A DNA stretch of 61,281 nt from Halobacteriales archaeon QH_2_65_14 (GTDB lineage Archaea > Halobacteriota > Halobacteria > Halobacteriales > Haloarculaceae): positions 5,138 to 66,418 of the forward strand of contig PXQO01000025.1 in assembly GCA_003021285.1 (NCBI GenBank). Reading direction: 5' to 3'. Positions 25,122 through 35,971 of the stretch are shown here, piece by piece. The notes beneath the pieces were generated by a model. The model did not search any database. It was not told the origin of the DNA and saw nothing but the letters and a program-made list of their open reading frames with translations. Positions within the stretch are counted from its first letter, which is position 1. Each line of letters begins with the position of its first letter. The translations under genes were made by a program, and so were the position numbers.

Positions 25122-25431
25122 GGGGAACTCGGCCCTGTTCGAGCAGTGCATTCTCCTGTCCGGCTCACAGGCTCTCGGGCAACGTGGACGGCAGCCAGCC
25201 GCCGGGCTGGTTCACAACCCACCGAACCAGCGTTCCGGGGGGTCACGGACCCGGGTTCACGAGCGGATGACCGTCACGGAGACGGGCGACCGCTCGATGA
25301 CGGCGGTCCCTCAAGCACTGCAGTGTAACGAGAAGCGCAGATGGGGCCCCGAGTCGACATACGGGGGGCTTTCGAGGCTCTTTTTGGGTTCTCCCCCGCG
25401 ATGAGAAAGGTAGCAAGGAGATGGAACGCAA

Positions 25432-26169
25432 CTACAACAACCGCGAGAGGAACTCCTTGCCCCGTTCGGTCCGGGGTTGGTCGAAGAACTCCTCGGCGCG
25501 GGTTTGTTCGGCGATGTGGCCATCGGACATCAGGGTGATGGTGTCGCCGACCTCGCGGGCGAATCCCATCTCGTGGGAGACCACGAGCATCGTCATCCCG
25601 CCGGTCGCGAGGTCCTTCATTACGTCGAGCACCTCGCCGACGAGTTCGGGGTCGAGCGCGCTGGTCACCTCGTCGAACAGCATCACCTGCGGGTCCATCG
25701 CGAGCGCACGGGCGATGGCGACACGCTGTTGCTGGCCGCCCGAGAGTTCGGTCGGGTAGGAATTGGCCTGCCCCTCCAGGCCGACCTGTTCGATCAGCGA
25801 CTCCGCCCGTTCGCGAGCCTTCGCCTCGGGGACGCCCTTGACCTCCGTCGGGCCGAGCATGATGTTCTCCAGGGCCGTCATGTGGGGAAAGAGATTGAAC
25901 GACTGGAACACCATGCCGACGCGCTGGCGCAGGCGGTTGACGTTGGCGTCCGGCGCGGAGATGGGCTCACCGTCCAGGCGTATCTCGCCGCTCCGAATCT
26001 CTTCGAGCCGGTTCGTACACCGTAGCAGCGTCGACTTACCTGACCCCGAGGGGCCGATAATGACCGCGACCTCCTGTGGGGCGACCTGCAGGTTGATGTC
26101 CTTGAGGACGTGCGTCTGCCCGAAGAACTTGTTCACGTCCTCGAACTCGACGAGTGCCTGCCCGCTCAT
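25432..26169 (-). CDS. polar amino-acid ABC transporter ATP-binding protein
   Basis: [35 protein letters not shown] (GlnQ-like). Confidence 0.93.
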   Translation of the reverse strand: MSGQALVEFEDVNKFFGQTHVLKDINLQVAPQEVAVIIGPSGSGKSTLLRCTNRLEEIRSGEIRLDGEPISAPDANVNRLRQRVGMVFQSFNLFPHMTALENIMLGPTEVKGVPEAKARERAESLIEQVGLEGQANSYPTELSGGQQQRVAIARALAMDPQVMLFDEVTSALDPELVGEVLDVMKDLATGGMTMLVVSHEMGFAREVGDTITLMSDGHIAEQTRAEEFFDQPRTERGKEFLSRLL

Positions 26170-27119
26170 TGTCGCCTCCCGAGACCTTTCCCGATGGAGC
26201 CAAGCAGCCCCCGCAGCCGCGACCGCTCGTCCTCGCTGCTCCAGTCGGCCCGCCGCTCCAGCAGGGTGATTACGAGGCTCATCGACATCGTCACCGCGAG
26301 GTAGAACAGGCAGACCCAGACCAGCGGCGTCCAGGGGTCGAGCTGGTTGCTGTTTATGTTCCGGAAGACGCTCATAATCTCCGGGATGGCGATGACTGTC
26401 AACAGCGACGTGTCCTTGACGAGGATTATCTGGTCGTTGCCGATGGCCGGGAGCGCGTTGCGCCAGGCCTGGGGCAGGACCACCCGTCGCATCGACTGGA
26501 CGTTCGACATCCCCAGCGAGCGCGCCGCCTCCAGTTGCCCACCGGGGACGGCGTTGACGCCGCCGCGAATGGCTTCCGCGACGTACGCGATGTGGTTCAG
26601 CGTGAGGCCGATGATGGCCGCGGGTAGCCGCCAGTCGCCGCTGAACGTATTACCGCCGACCTCCGCGATGAGGAGGTCAAACTGGGGGAGGACAAACTCC
26701 CAGGAACCGAGCGGGAACTGGCCGATTCCCCACAGCCGTGGGATACCGAAGAAGATGACGAACAGCTGAAAGAGCAGCGGCGTCCCCCGGAAGAACTCGA
26801 CGTAGGCCTTGGCGATGCGAGCGGTGACCGGTGACGAGGAGGTTCGCGCCAGCCCCATTATCGTCCCGAGCGTGACCGAGAGGATGCTGGAGACGACCAC
26901 GATGAACACGACGAGTTTGAACGCCTCGACGAAGCGCGGGAACACCGAGCGCAACAGCCGGTAGTCGACCTGCGTGGCGAGTATCCAGCCGAGAAACGAT
27001 ACGATTGACAGCGCGAACAGACCGGCGACCAGTTCGCCCAGGCGCTTGACGAACACGTCGTTCGCGAGAAGACCACTCGACCTGGTGCTCGATCCATCGT
27101 CCGTGTACGTATCTGCCAT
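26166..27119 (-). CDS. polar amino-acid ABC transporter permease
   Basis: [19 protein letters not shown] (EAA loop), LVKDTSL. Confidence 0.92.
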   Translation of the reverse strand: MADTYTDDGSSTRSSGLLANDVFVKRLGELVAGLFALSIVSFLGWILATQVDYRLLRSVFPRFVEAFKLVVFIVVVSSILSVTLGTIMGLARTSSSPVTARIAKAYVEFFRGTPLLFQLFVIFFGIPRLWGIGQFPLGSWEFVLPQFDLLIAEVGGNTFSGDWRLPAAIIGLTLNHIAYVAEAIRGGVNAVPGGQLEAARSLGMSNVQSMRRVVLPQAWRNALPAIGNDQIILVKDTSLLTVIAIPEIMSVFRNINSNQLDPWTPLVWVCLFYLAVTMSMSLVITLLERRADWSSEDERSRLRGLLGSIGKGLGRRQ

Positions 27120-27187
27120 GGGTTGGTAATGAGACGGGGGATAATTAACTGGTTCGACGATGCCAAAAAAGGGACGGCTGCGAGGCG

Positions 27188-28111
27188 TCAGCCCGCAAAG
27201 TACTCGTTGTATATCTCGTCGTACCTGCCCGACTCCTTGACCGCCGCCAGCGCGTCGTTGACCGCTTCGCGGAACTCGTCGTCGTCCTCGCGGAACGCGA
27301 TACCGTAGTTTTCGACCGTCAGCGTGAGGTAGTCCGGCGCGTCCTGTCCTGCTTCCTCGGCCGCGCCCTCACCTTCGAGGAACACGACCGCGTCGTTCTC
27401 GTTTGCGAACTCCGCGTTGACCGTGTTGTCGTTGATGACTGCTACCACCTGGTTGTTGATGAGTGCGTCGAACGCACCAGTGATCTGGTCGTAGCTCTGG
27501 ATATCCAGGTCGCCGTCGAACTCCTCCTGAAGCTGTTCGGCGGCACCTTCGCCGGTCGTCTCCTTCTGGACGCCGACAGATTCGCCACGGAGGTCCTCCT
27601 TCGAGTCGATGTCGCCGTTCTCGATGACGATGACCGTCTGGTAGGCCGTGAAGTACGGGTCCGAGAAGTCCACCTCCTCGTCACGGGTATCGTTTATCGT
27701 CATCGCACTCATGATGACGCGGAAGTTGCCGTTGTTCAGCGACGCCATGATGCCGTCCCAGGCGGTCTTCTGGAACTCGTAGTCCAGGTCCATCTCCTCG
27801 ACGAAGATGGCCTCGGCCATGTCCGGGTCGAACCCCGTCAGGTCGCCGGCCTCCGTCCGATACTCGAAGGGTTTGTACGGGATGTCCGAGCCGATGGTGA
27901 CGACCCCGTTGTCCAGACCGAAATTGTTTCCGTCGTCGCCCTCCATGCCGTCGTCGCCCTCCGTGTCGTCGTCGCCCTCCGTGTCGTCGTCGCCCTCGTC
28001 GCCGTCACTGCTGCCACCGTCGTCGTCACCGTCGTCCCCACCGACACAGCCCGCCAGCGCGAAGGTCGTACTGCCCGCTGCCACTGCTTTGAGATATCTG
28101 CGTCGTCGCAT
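27188..28111 (-). CDS. amino-acid ABC transporter substrate-binding lipoprotein (family 3)
   Basis: Tat motif RRRRYL and LAGC lipobox; MTINDTRDEEVDFSDPYF; short EGDDDT repeat linker. Confidence 0.92.
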   Translation of the reverse strand: MRRRRYLKAVAAGSTTFALAGCVGGDDGDDDGGSSDGDEGDDDTEGDDDTEGDDGMEGDDGNNFGLDNGVVTIGSDIPYKPFEYRTEAGDLTGFDPDMAEAIFVEEMDLDYEFQKTAWDGIMASLNNGNFRVIMSAMTINDTRDEEVDFSDPYFTAYQTVIVIENGDIDSKEDLRGESVGVQKETTGEGAAEQLQEEFDGDLDIQSYDQITGAFDALINNQVVAVINDNTVNAEFANENDAVVFLEGEGAAEEAGQDAPDYLTLTVENYGIAFREDDDEFREAVNDALAAVKESGRYDEIYNEYFAG

Positions 28112-28384
28112 GCTATCCTCTCCTGTTCCCACGCACTTAAAAGAGTCGCCGAGGACGTGGTTGCCGGATGGCCTGAATGGAGTTAGTATGCGCTGAAACG
28201 GCGAATTTCACGTGTAAGTGACGATTTCTTGACTGGATCGAGCAGTGTACGCCGTCACGGTCGCACTCCTCGGAGCCGTCTACGGGCTCTCGCGCTCCGC
28301 GAGCGGCCCTTCGAGGTCGACCCCAGACAGGAACCCGGGTACGAGGAGATAGTTCCGCCGGGCGACGACTGATCGTCGCCCTGG

Positions 28385-29596
28385 TCAGACGATATTTCCG
28401 TCCAGGTCACGCGGGAAGTAGGTCAGCTGTTCGGTGCCGTCTTCGGTGACGGCCACGGTGTCGGAGTGACGATAGCCCGCCTCCTCGGTGTAGATACCCG
28501 GCTCGATGGTGTAGATGTGGCCCGGCTCCATGACCGCATCGTCGGCGTCGCGGCTCTCGCGTTCCTCGCAGTGGGTGGTCCAGCCGCGGTCGATATACGG
28601 CGGTTCGTGGCCGCCCATCCCGATGTTGTGGCCGACGTGGTGCTGGGCGAGGTCGGTGACGCCCTGTTTCTCGAAGTACGACCAGACGGCCTCGTCGACG
28701 GCCGCGATCTCGACGCCGGGTTCCATCGCCTCGATGGCGATGGTCTGGGCTTCGAGCATGATCTCGAAGTAGTGTTCGTGTTCCTCGCTCACCTCCCCGA
28801 CGAACATCGTCCGTTCGAGTTCGGAGAAGTAGCCGTCGACGTTCGCGCTCGCGCCGGTTATCAGCACGTCGCCGCGTTCCAGCCGGCGGTTGGCGGTGTG
28901 ACCGTGCGGGAGTCGCGTCTGCGGGCCGGTGATGTAGCCCGCGTGGACGGGCCCGCCGCCCCGCGTCAGGGGTACGTAGCGGTCACCGAGCGCGTCGAGC
29001 ATCGCGCGCGAACCCCGCAGGGAGGCGCGCTGGCTGGCCGTTGCCGGGTGGACGCCGGGTTCGGTCTCCCCGGCGAGATACCGGTGAGCGAGGTTCGCCC
29101 ACCGGGCGGACTCGCGGACGAGGTCGACCTCGGCGTCGGATTTCGCCCACCGCATCCGGTCGATCCACGACTGGGTGGTGATGTCGACGAACTCGGTCAG
29201 GGACTCCCCCTCGTATCCCATCACGCCGGGTGCACCCTCCGCGTCGGCGATGACCTGCTCGACGCCGAGGCCGTCCAGCATCCCCGCAATCGTCTCGATG
29301 GGACGGCCCTGCGGGTAATCGAAGTACGTCTCGACGCGCTCGATGCGGGGGTTCTCCTCGACGCGCTCGCGCTCCAGGCGTGGGACCGTGATCGCAATCG
29401 TCTCGGGCGTCACGGCGAGCACGACCGGTCGCTCGGTCTGGATGTGGTGGAAGCCGGTCAGGTAGCCGATGCTCGTCGCGCCGAACCACCCGGCGGCGTC
29501 GGCGTCCGTCTCGGCGAGTTTCTCGCGGACTGTGCCCAGTCGCGTCTCGTACTCCTCGTCGGGGAGTTCCGTCGGCAGGTTCGCGCCCTCTGGCAT
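28385..29596 (-). CDS. M24 family Xaa-Pro peptidase
   Basis: GYFSELERT, HHVGHNIG..HEPP, TIEPGIY, GYRHSDT. Confidence 0.9.
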   Translation of the reverse strand: MPEGANLPTELPDEEYETRLGTVREKLAETDADAAGWFGATSIGYLTGFHHIQTERPVVLAVTPETIAITVPRLERERVEENPRIERVETYFDYPQGRPIETIAGMLDGLGVEQVIADAEGAPGVMGYEGESLTEFVDITTQSWIDRMRWAKSDAEVDLVRESARWANLAHRYLAGETEPGVHPATASQRASLRGSRAMLDALGDRYVPLTRGGGPVHAGYITGPQTRLPHGHTANRRLERGDVLITGASANVDGYFSELERTMFVGEVSEEHEHYFEIMLEAQTIAIEAMEPGVEIAAVDEAVWSYFEKQGVTDLAQHHVGHNIGMGGHEPPYIDRGWTTHCEERESRDADDAVMEPGHIYTIEPGIYTEEAGYRHSDTVAVTEDGTEQLTYFPRDLDGNIV

Positions 29597-29630
29597 GACT
29601 CCCTGTTCGGGTGGATGGCTGATAACCATT

Positions 29631-30380
29631 TCACTCGTCGAGTACGACCGGCACTCCGCGGGACGCAACGTCGGCCGCGAAGGCCCGGGAATCCGTCTCC
29701 AGCGCGTCGAACGTGTTGTAGTGGACCGGCACCACGAGCGACGGGTCGAGCGCCGCCGCCAGTCCGGCGGCCTCCTCGCGATCCATCGTGAATGACCCGC
29801 CGATGGGCGGGAGGAGCACGTCCACGTCGAGGTGCTCGTGGCCTTCCAGGACGTCCGTGTCGCCGGGCCAGAACACCCTCGTCCCGCCGGCCGAGAGCAG
29901 GTAGCCACAGCCGAACCCCTTCGGATGGTAGGGGGTTCCATCCGGATGCGTGTGCGGCCCGTCGGGGTCGTTGTAGGCCGGTACCGTCCACAGCGGGACG
30001 TCCGCGACCACGCCCTCGTCTTCCATTCCGACCTCGACCACGTCGTAGGGCAACTCCGCGAGTCTGGCGAGGTCGCGCGAACTGTCGTGGACGTCGATTC
30101 CCTCGAAGGCCACGACGGTTGCGTCCTCGCCCGCCACTCGGTCGATGCCGTCCGGGTCGTAGTGGTGGACGTGCGTGAGACAGACGACGTCGCCGTCCTC
30201 GGGGCGGTAGTTCTCGCCGGGCGGGTGCGCGCCGGCGGCGTCCTCGCTGTCGGCCGTCCACTCGCCGGTCAGGACGCCGTACCGGCCGGGGTCCAGATAG
30301 ACGACCCGCCCGGCCGCTTCCAGCCGAACGGTTGCGTATCCCTTCCACTCGACGGTGAGGTCGCCGTAGCTGACGGTCAT
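29631..30380 (-). CDS. MBL-fold metallo-hydrolase
   Basis: THVHHYD, FWPGDT, LPPIGG..TM, VPVHY. Confidence 0.88.
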   Translation of the reverse strand: MTVSYGDLTVEWKGYATVRLEAAGRVVYLDPGRYGVLTGEWTADSEDAAGAHPPGENYRPEDGDVVCLTHVHHYDPDGIDRVAGEDATVVAFEGIDVHDSSRDLARLAELPYDVVEVGMEDEGVVADVPLWTVPAYNDPDGPHTHPDGTPYHPKGFGCGYLLSAGGTRVFWPGDTDVLEGHEHLDVDVLLPPIGGSFTMDREEAAGLAAALDPSLVVPVHYNTFDALETDSRAFAADVASRGVPVVLDE

Positions 30381-30490
30381 CGATTCCAGTTAGAGCGGGA
30401 CCATCAAAACCCCACCGGCATCGACGCGAACGTATCAATCGTGATAGCGGTAGCGACATCCTTATTGACCAAGGCTGACCGAAATACACT

Positions 30491-31597
30491 GTGTCGCTCG
30501 ACCCATCACTTACTCGGAAGGCACTCAACACGCTATCGGTGAATATCGCCGTCCTCGACGGCGAGGGGACGATTCTCTGGACGAACCGGGCGTGGCAGCA
30601 GTTCGCTGTCGAGGGAGGCTCGTCGACGGCTCCGGACATGGTCGGACTGAACTATCTCGACGTCGTCGACGTCGACGACGAAGACGCCACGAGTGCCCGA
30701 GAGGGGCTCGCAGGCGTCCTGACCGGCGAGGGCGAGGAGTTCACGCTCGAATACCCGTGTCACTCACCGGACAGGAAGCAGTGGTTCCTGATGTGGGCGG
30801 CTCCCTTCGAGGTCGACGGCGAGAGCTACGCGACGGTCGCACACTTCGACGTCACCGACAGGGTCCTGGCCGAGCAGGACATCGCCGAGTACGCGGCCGA
30901 GGCGAGCGAGCAACGCGACCAGCTCGCTTTGCTCAACCAGCTCGTGCGCCACGACATCCGCAACGACATCCAGCTCGTGATGAGCCACGCGGAGCTGCTC
31001 CGCGCGGCGGTTCCCGAGGACGACCAGCACCACGTCGAGGCCGTCGTCGAACAGGCCGAGCACATCGTCGAACTCACCCGCGCTGTCAGGGAACTGGAGG
31101 CCGTGATTACCGGCGACGAGGAGCCGTCACTGTCGCCCGTCAACCTGGGGGCCGTCCTGCAAACCGAGGCCGACAAGGTCCGGTCGGCTCATCGGGTTGA
31201 CGGCCGGGACGTGGTCGTCACGGGCACCGACGACCTCCCGTCCGACACGCGGGTAGCGGCCAACGAGATGCTCTCGTCGGTGTTCGGGAACCTGCTCAGC
31301 AACGCGGTCATCCACAATGATTCGGACCAGCCACGGATCGAGGTCGGCGTCGAGCGCGGCGACGGCTGGGTCGAGGTCACCGTTGCCGACAACGGACCGG
31401 GGATTCCGGAGTCGGACCGGGAGACGGTCTTCGGCCGCGGCGAGATGGGGGCCGATAGCCAGGGAACCGGGCTCGGTCTCTATCTCGTCGACCGGCTTGT
31501 CGAACTCTACGGCGGCGAGGTCTGGATATCCGACCACGATTCCGGCGGCACTGTCTTCCACGTGAAACTCCGGACCCTCGAGGACGACTGGCAGTAG
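30491..31597 (+). CDS. PAS-domain sensor histidine kinase
   Basis: PAS domain (EYPCHSP), H-box RHDIRN, N-box NLLSNA, DNGPGIP, GTGLGL. Confidence 0.9.
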   Translation: MSLDPSLTRKALNTLSVNIAVLDGEGTILWTNRAWQQFAVEGGSSTAPDMVGLNYLDVVDVDDEDATSAREGLAGVLTGEGEEFTLEYPCHSPDRKQWFLMWAAPFEVDGESYATVAHFDVTDRVLAEQDIAEYAAEASEQRDQLALLNQLVRHDIRNDIQLVMSHAELLRAAVPEDDQHHVEAVVEQAEHIVELTRAVRELEAVITGDEEPSLSPVNLGAVLQTEADKVRSAHRVDGRDVVVTGTDDLPSDTRVAANEMLSSVFGNLLSNAVIHNDSDQPRIEVGVERGDGWVEVTVADNGPGIPESDRETVFGRGEMGADSQGTGLGLYLVDRLVELYGGEVWISDHDSGGTVFHVKLRTLEDDWQ

Positions 31598-31675
31598 GGG
31601 GCGGTCCGGGGGTCACGAGGCGGTCGCCACCTGCGGACGAAAACGGTTTCCACGTGAACCGTCTATCGGGCGGGT

Positions 31676-32002
31676 ATGAGCCTCGATGACCTCTCCGCGG
31701 ACGTGGAGAATCGCTACGCCGACCTCGGCGACGAACTCGACGTCGACCTGGACCGGGAGACGCGAAACGAACTGGCGATGTTGACTGTCGCGCTCGAACC
31801 CGAGGAGACCGACGAACTCGTCCGGCGGGCCATCCACATGCTCTTTCAGACGACGGTCGAGACCGGCACACTCGATTTCCACCTCCGCAACAGCCACGGC
31901 GTGACCTACGACGAGTACCTCTCGGGAATGACCTTCGAGGAGATGACCGGCGGCCAGTTCCCCCAGCCCTCACAGAACGACGACCGGCGCTACCAGTTTT
32001 GA
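31676..32002 (+). CDS. conserved haloarchaeal hypothetical protein
   Basis: Acidic ORF with typical codon usage; LDFHLR...TYDEYLSGM motif. Confidence 0.75.
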   Translation: MSLDDLSADVENRYADLGDELDVDLDRETRNELAMLTVALEPEETDELVRRAIHMLFQTTVETGTLDFHLRNSHGVTYDEYLSGMTFEEMTGGQFPQPSQNDDRRYQF

Positions 32003-32051
32003 ACCGCGTCCCCGACGCCGTGAGCTGGCTCGTAGCGTCACTCGGCGCTCC

Positions 32052-33343
32052 CTACGTCGGGTTGTACGCACCCGAGTAGGCGTTGATGGTCTCGCCGAGC
32101 AGGTCGGCACCGAGTCGGATTTCCCGCTCGGTCACGTCCAGAGGCGGGAGCATGCGGAGCGTCTTCTTGCCACAGCCCAGCGTCACGAGGCCGCGGGCGA
32201 ACGTCCCCTCCTGGACGGCGTCGCGGTGCTCCCTGTCCTCGAACTCGACGGCGAGCATCAGCCCCTTGCCGCGAACGTCGACGACGCCCGGCAGGTCCGC
32301 CTCGCGCAGGAGTTCCTGCATCTGCTGGCCACGTTCGACTGCGTTGTCCATGAGGTCGTACTCCTGGATGGCGTCGATGGTCGCGACCCCGAGCGCCGAT
32401 GAGATGAGGTCGCCCGCCCCCCACGTCGAGGAGATGCGCCCGCGCTCGTCGGGGAAGACCTCCTCGCGCGAGATTGTCGCACCGACGCGAAGCCCCTTGG
32501 CGCTGGCGATGACGTCCGGTTCGATGGCGTAGTGGTCCGAGGCCCACCACTCGCCGGTCCGGCCCAGACCCGCCTGTATCTCGTCGGCGACGAGTGGAAT
32601 GTCGTGCTCATCGCTCAGTTCTGCAATCTCGTCCATGAACGCGTCGCTCGGCGGTCGGTAGCCGCCCTCGCCCTGGAACGGCTCCAGCACGAGCGCCGCG
32701 ACCTCGTCGGCACCGACGTACCCCGTCCCGGAATCGAGCATCTGCCGGAGGGCCGACGTGTCGTCGAAGAAAAAGCCACAGTCGCAGGTCTCGGCCGTAC
32801 ACGACCGGTCGGTACAGTAGGGCACGTCCTCGACGCCGTGAATTTCCGGGTAATCACGGCGGTACTTCGCCTTCGACCGGTTCAGCGACAGCGCCCCGAG
32901 CGTCCGGCCGTGAAACGCCCCCTCGGTCGTGATCGTGTACTTGCCGCCCGTGTGGTCGAAACATATCTTCAGCGAGTTCTCGACGGCCTCCGCGCCGCTG
33001 TTCGAGAGGAACACCGTGTCCATCCCGTACTGTTCGGAGATGTCGGTCAGACGGTCCATCAGGTCCGCCGGACCGGGAATCGTGGCCTCGCTCTCCGCGA
33101 CGCCCGTCGCGGGCAGGTAGAAGTCCTGCCCGGCGATCTTCAGCGGGTCGACGAGGTCGAACTCCGCGAGCGGGTCCAGTATCTTCGGGTTGTTGAATCC
33201 CAGCGGCATCGCGCCGACCTGTCCCGTGAAGTCCATCAGGACGTTCCCGTCGACGTCGGTACAGAACGGGCCGATAGCCGGGTCTGTGTAGCCTGGCTTC
33301 CTGGCAGGTCCGTTACCTGTGGCTCGACCCTGTCTCGGTCCAT
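32052..33343 (-). pseudogene. class III PLP aminotransferase (GabT-like) with a frameshifting N-terminal deletion (~33285)
   Basis: NSGAEAVEN, FHGRTLG, EPFQGEGG, DEIQAGLGRTG, SAKG (PLP Lys). The start MDRDRVEPQVTDLPG is out of frame with DPAIGPFCTDVDGN. Confidence 0.8.
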
Positions 33344-33393
33344 ACCCAGTAGGTGCGAGAGAACCGATATAAGTGCTAGTGGTTGACGTTCGA

Positions 33394-33452
33394 GGCAGTG
33401 TTAACTTGGCGACCGTGCTGATGGGCGAACAAGTCCCCGGAGAGAGTGCTTC
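33394..33452. mobile_element. one-ended remnant of the 7044-7174 MITE (inverted orientation)
   Basis: 58/59 nt identical to the reverse complement of 7116-7174; begins with the TIR GGCAGTGTTAACTT. Confidence 0.8.
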
Positions 33453-33485
33453 GACCGGGACCTACCGCAGGAAAAGACGAACCGT

Positions 33486-33761
33486 CTAGAGGTCGATATA
33501 CTGTTCTTCCCACTCGCGGCGCGCTTCGATCTCGCGACTGCCACGGCGGGTCAGACTGTAAAAATTCGTCCGGCGGTCGCGCTGTCCCTTCTCGACGAGT
33601 CCCTTGTCGACGAGCGTATCGAGATTCGGATACAGACGGCCGTGGTGGATTTCCTTCTCGTAGTTCTCCTCCAGTTCTTCCTTGATGGCGAGTCCGTGCG
33701 GTTCCTCCCGTCCGGCGATGACGTACAGCAGGTCCCGCTGGAATCCTGTCAGGTCGTACAT
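33486..33761 (-). CDS. PadR-family (RosR-like) winged-helix regulator
   Basis: DLTGFQRDLLY, HGLAIKEELE, HHGRLYPNLDTLV, DRRTN. Confidence 0.9.
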   Translation of the reverse strand: MYDLTGFQRDLLYVIAGREEPHGLAIKEELEENYEKEIHHGRLYPNLDTLVDKGLVEKGQRDRRTNFYSLTRRGSREIEARREWEEQYIDL

Positions 33762-34160
33762 TGGTAATATCCAGTTACACGTTATTGTCTGAATCTATTA
33801 AATATGTCGTTCCAAATACGTACGGAAGTCACCACGTCTTTCGGACTGACAATACTGAGAAACGATATCCCACGACCCCCTGCCATGGTACCGGGCGAAC
33901 GGTGAGAGACGTCATACGGTGGTTTCTCAGGTTCGCTTGCGTACCGGGCGCTCCATTTTCATCTGCTGTTTTCTCACGAGTTATTTCCCGAGGCCGACGT
34001 TTGAACCCAGTGACAGGTGCGGTTGCGCGGCGTCGAGCAACGTGTCTGGTCGGCAATGAAATCGATTCGTTCGTACAATCAATCCCCCGATATTTCCGGG
34101 TATCACTCGATTCAAATAGATAATGCCCGTGAAGGAACGGTCCGTCCTGTTACCAGTATT

Positions 34161-35147
34161 TCATGCCCGTGATTCGAGCAGATGCTCGACGAACTGCGTG
34201 ACGTGGTCGTCCATCCGCCGTTTGAAGCCGGCCTGTCGGGCCAGGCGGTCGAGTTCGCGCGCGACGAGGCTGCCGTACTGGAGGGCCTTCTTCTCCCGGT
34301 CGGCGAGTTCGTCCGGGAGCCACTCGCGGGCGGCGAGCCTGAATGCTCGCTTGCGCTCGCCGTCGGCCCCCACCAGCAGTTCCCCCGGCAGTCGTAGTGC
34401 AGCCGCCACGATGCGGTCGTGAACGTACGGCGTGACGGGGGTGAGGCCGCCGGCGTGGACCGCCAGCCAGTCGCGTTCGAACTGCCCGGGGAGCGTCCCG
34501 ACGACCTCCCGGCGCGCCCCCCGGACGGTGTCGGCCTCGACGCGCGGGTCCTCGGGTGCCCGGGCCACCTTCGCGTAGCCGCCGAACAGTTCGTCGACAC
34601 CCTGGCCCAGCGCGAGTCCTTCGATGCCGTCCGCCCGTGCGCGCTCGGCGAGCACGTACAGGGGAAGCGCGATTTCGACGTCCATCGCGTTCGTCCGCCC
34701 GATGGCGTTCGCCACCTCGGGAACGGCGCGTTCGAGCGTCTCGTGGTCGAGTTCGACGACCCGCAGGTCCGCACCGAGCACCGCGGCCGCCGACCGTGCG
34801 GCCTCAACGTCGTGGCTGTCGGGGAAGCCGACGGTGTACAGCGGGATGTCGAGGCGGGCGGCCAGCAGCGACGAGTCGACACGTCGAGGCTGGCGGAGCG
34901 TCCACTGCTGGCTCGTCTCGCCCCCCGCGCGGACGTGTCCGGCCGGGAGACGAACCGGGTCCGTCAGATCGGTGTGGTCGTGGCTCCACGCACTTCCGTC
35001 GGCCTCGAAAAAGAGCGGATACCGGCCCAGGACGTCGCGGACGAGCGCCCCGTCGAGTTCGCCCGCGAACCCCCCGGTCCCCGGGAGCGGGTCGCCACTG
35101 TCGAGCGCCGCGCGGACGGTCGCGCCGTCAGCACCGGTGAGTGTCAT
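34161..35147 (-). CDS. asparagine-synthase C-terminal-domain protein, apparently lacking the SGG part of its PP-loop
   Basis: RDVLGRYPLF, GQGVDELFGGY, REKKALQYGS; VDSS present but not preceded by SGG. Confidence 0.75.
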   Translation of the reverse strand: MTLTGADGATVRAALDSGDPLPGTGGFAGELDGALVRDVLGRYPLFFEADGSAWSHDHTDLTDPVRLPAGHVRAGGETSQQWTLRQPRRVDSSLLAARLDIPLYTVGFPDSHDVEAARSAAAVLGADLRVVELDHETLERAVPEVANAIGRTNAMDVEIALPLYVLAERARADGIEGLALGQGVDELFGGYAKVARAPEDPRVEADTVRGARREVVGTLPGQFERDWLAVHAGGLTPVTPYVHDRIVAAALRLPGELLVGADGERKRAFRLAAREWLPDELADREKKALQYGSLVARELDRLARQAGFKRRMDDHVTQFVEHLLESRA

Positions 35148-35303
35148 CGTTGCTACCGTCGGGGGATTGTCGGCCATTCACGGGACCGAAACAAAAACAG
35201 CGCGGTCTGTCTGTCGGGCGACGTGCGCCGGGATGGCGTTGTGCGAGGCAACCGAACCGGTTCCCACTAACTCTTAACTCCCTCGGTGCGAACCCACCCG
35301 TAG

Positions 35304-35681
35304 ATGGTCCGTGACCCGTTCGCGGACGACGACAGTCCGGAGCTGGAGTCGGTTCTCGAGGCGTTGCACGACGAGGATTGTCGGGAGATCGTCCGTGCCC
35401 TCTCCGAGCCGATGACGGCAGACGAAATCTCCGAAGCGACGGGCATCCCGCTGTCGACGACCTACCGGAAACTGGACCGCCTCACCGAGGCGTCGCTGCT
35501 GGAGGAGGGCGTCGAGGTCCGCCCCGAAGGGCAGCACGCGAGCAGGTACGCGGTGGCGTTCGACGAGGTCGTCATCGGGCTATCGGAGGAGATGGCGTTC
35601 GAGGTCGACGTTTCCCACAGGCTTCGGACCGCCGACGAACGCCTCGCCGACCTCTGGTCGGAGGTGCGAAAAGAGACATGA
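35304..35681 (+). CDS. ArsR-like winged HTH regulator
   Basis: MTADEISEATGIPLSTTYRKLDRL. Confidence 0.85.
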   Translation: MVRDPFADDDSPELESVLEALHDEDCREIVRALSEPMTADEISEATGIPLSTTYRKLDRLTEASLLEEGVEVRPEGQHASRYAVAFDEVVIGLSEEMAFEVDVSHRLRTADERLADLWSEVRKET

Positions 35682-35971
35682 GTCCGCACGATATCACTAC
35701 CACGACGCTCATCATCGGGTTCAAGACACTCACGCTCGCCCTCGGTGGCCTCATCACATTCCTGGCGTTCAAGGCCTACCGCCGGACCGGTGCACGCTCG
35801 CTCGGCGCGCTCTCGCTGGGTTTCGCCATCGTCACGCTCGGGACGTTCCTCGCCGGGGTCGTCGACCAGGTCCTGGCGGCGGGGTTTCTCGCCGGGTTGC
35901 TCATCGAGAGCGCGCTCATCGCCGCCGGGTTCCTCGTCATCGTCTACTCGCTGTACACCACGAAGCCCTAG
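35678..35971 (+). CDS. small 3-TM membrane protein coupled to the HTH regulator
   Basis: ATGA overlap; AFKAYRRTG motif; three TM segments. Confidence 0.75.
   Translation: MSPHDITTTTLIIGFKTLTLALGGLITFLAFKAYRRTGARSLGALSLGFAIVTLGTFLAGVVDQVLAAGFLAGLLIESALIAAGFLVIVYSLYTTKP

Noticed and set aside
27930-28040. 18-bp EGDDDT repeats as a functional array
   Set aside because: Ordinary acidic low-complexity linker after a lipobox.
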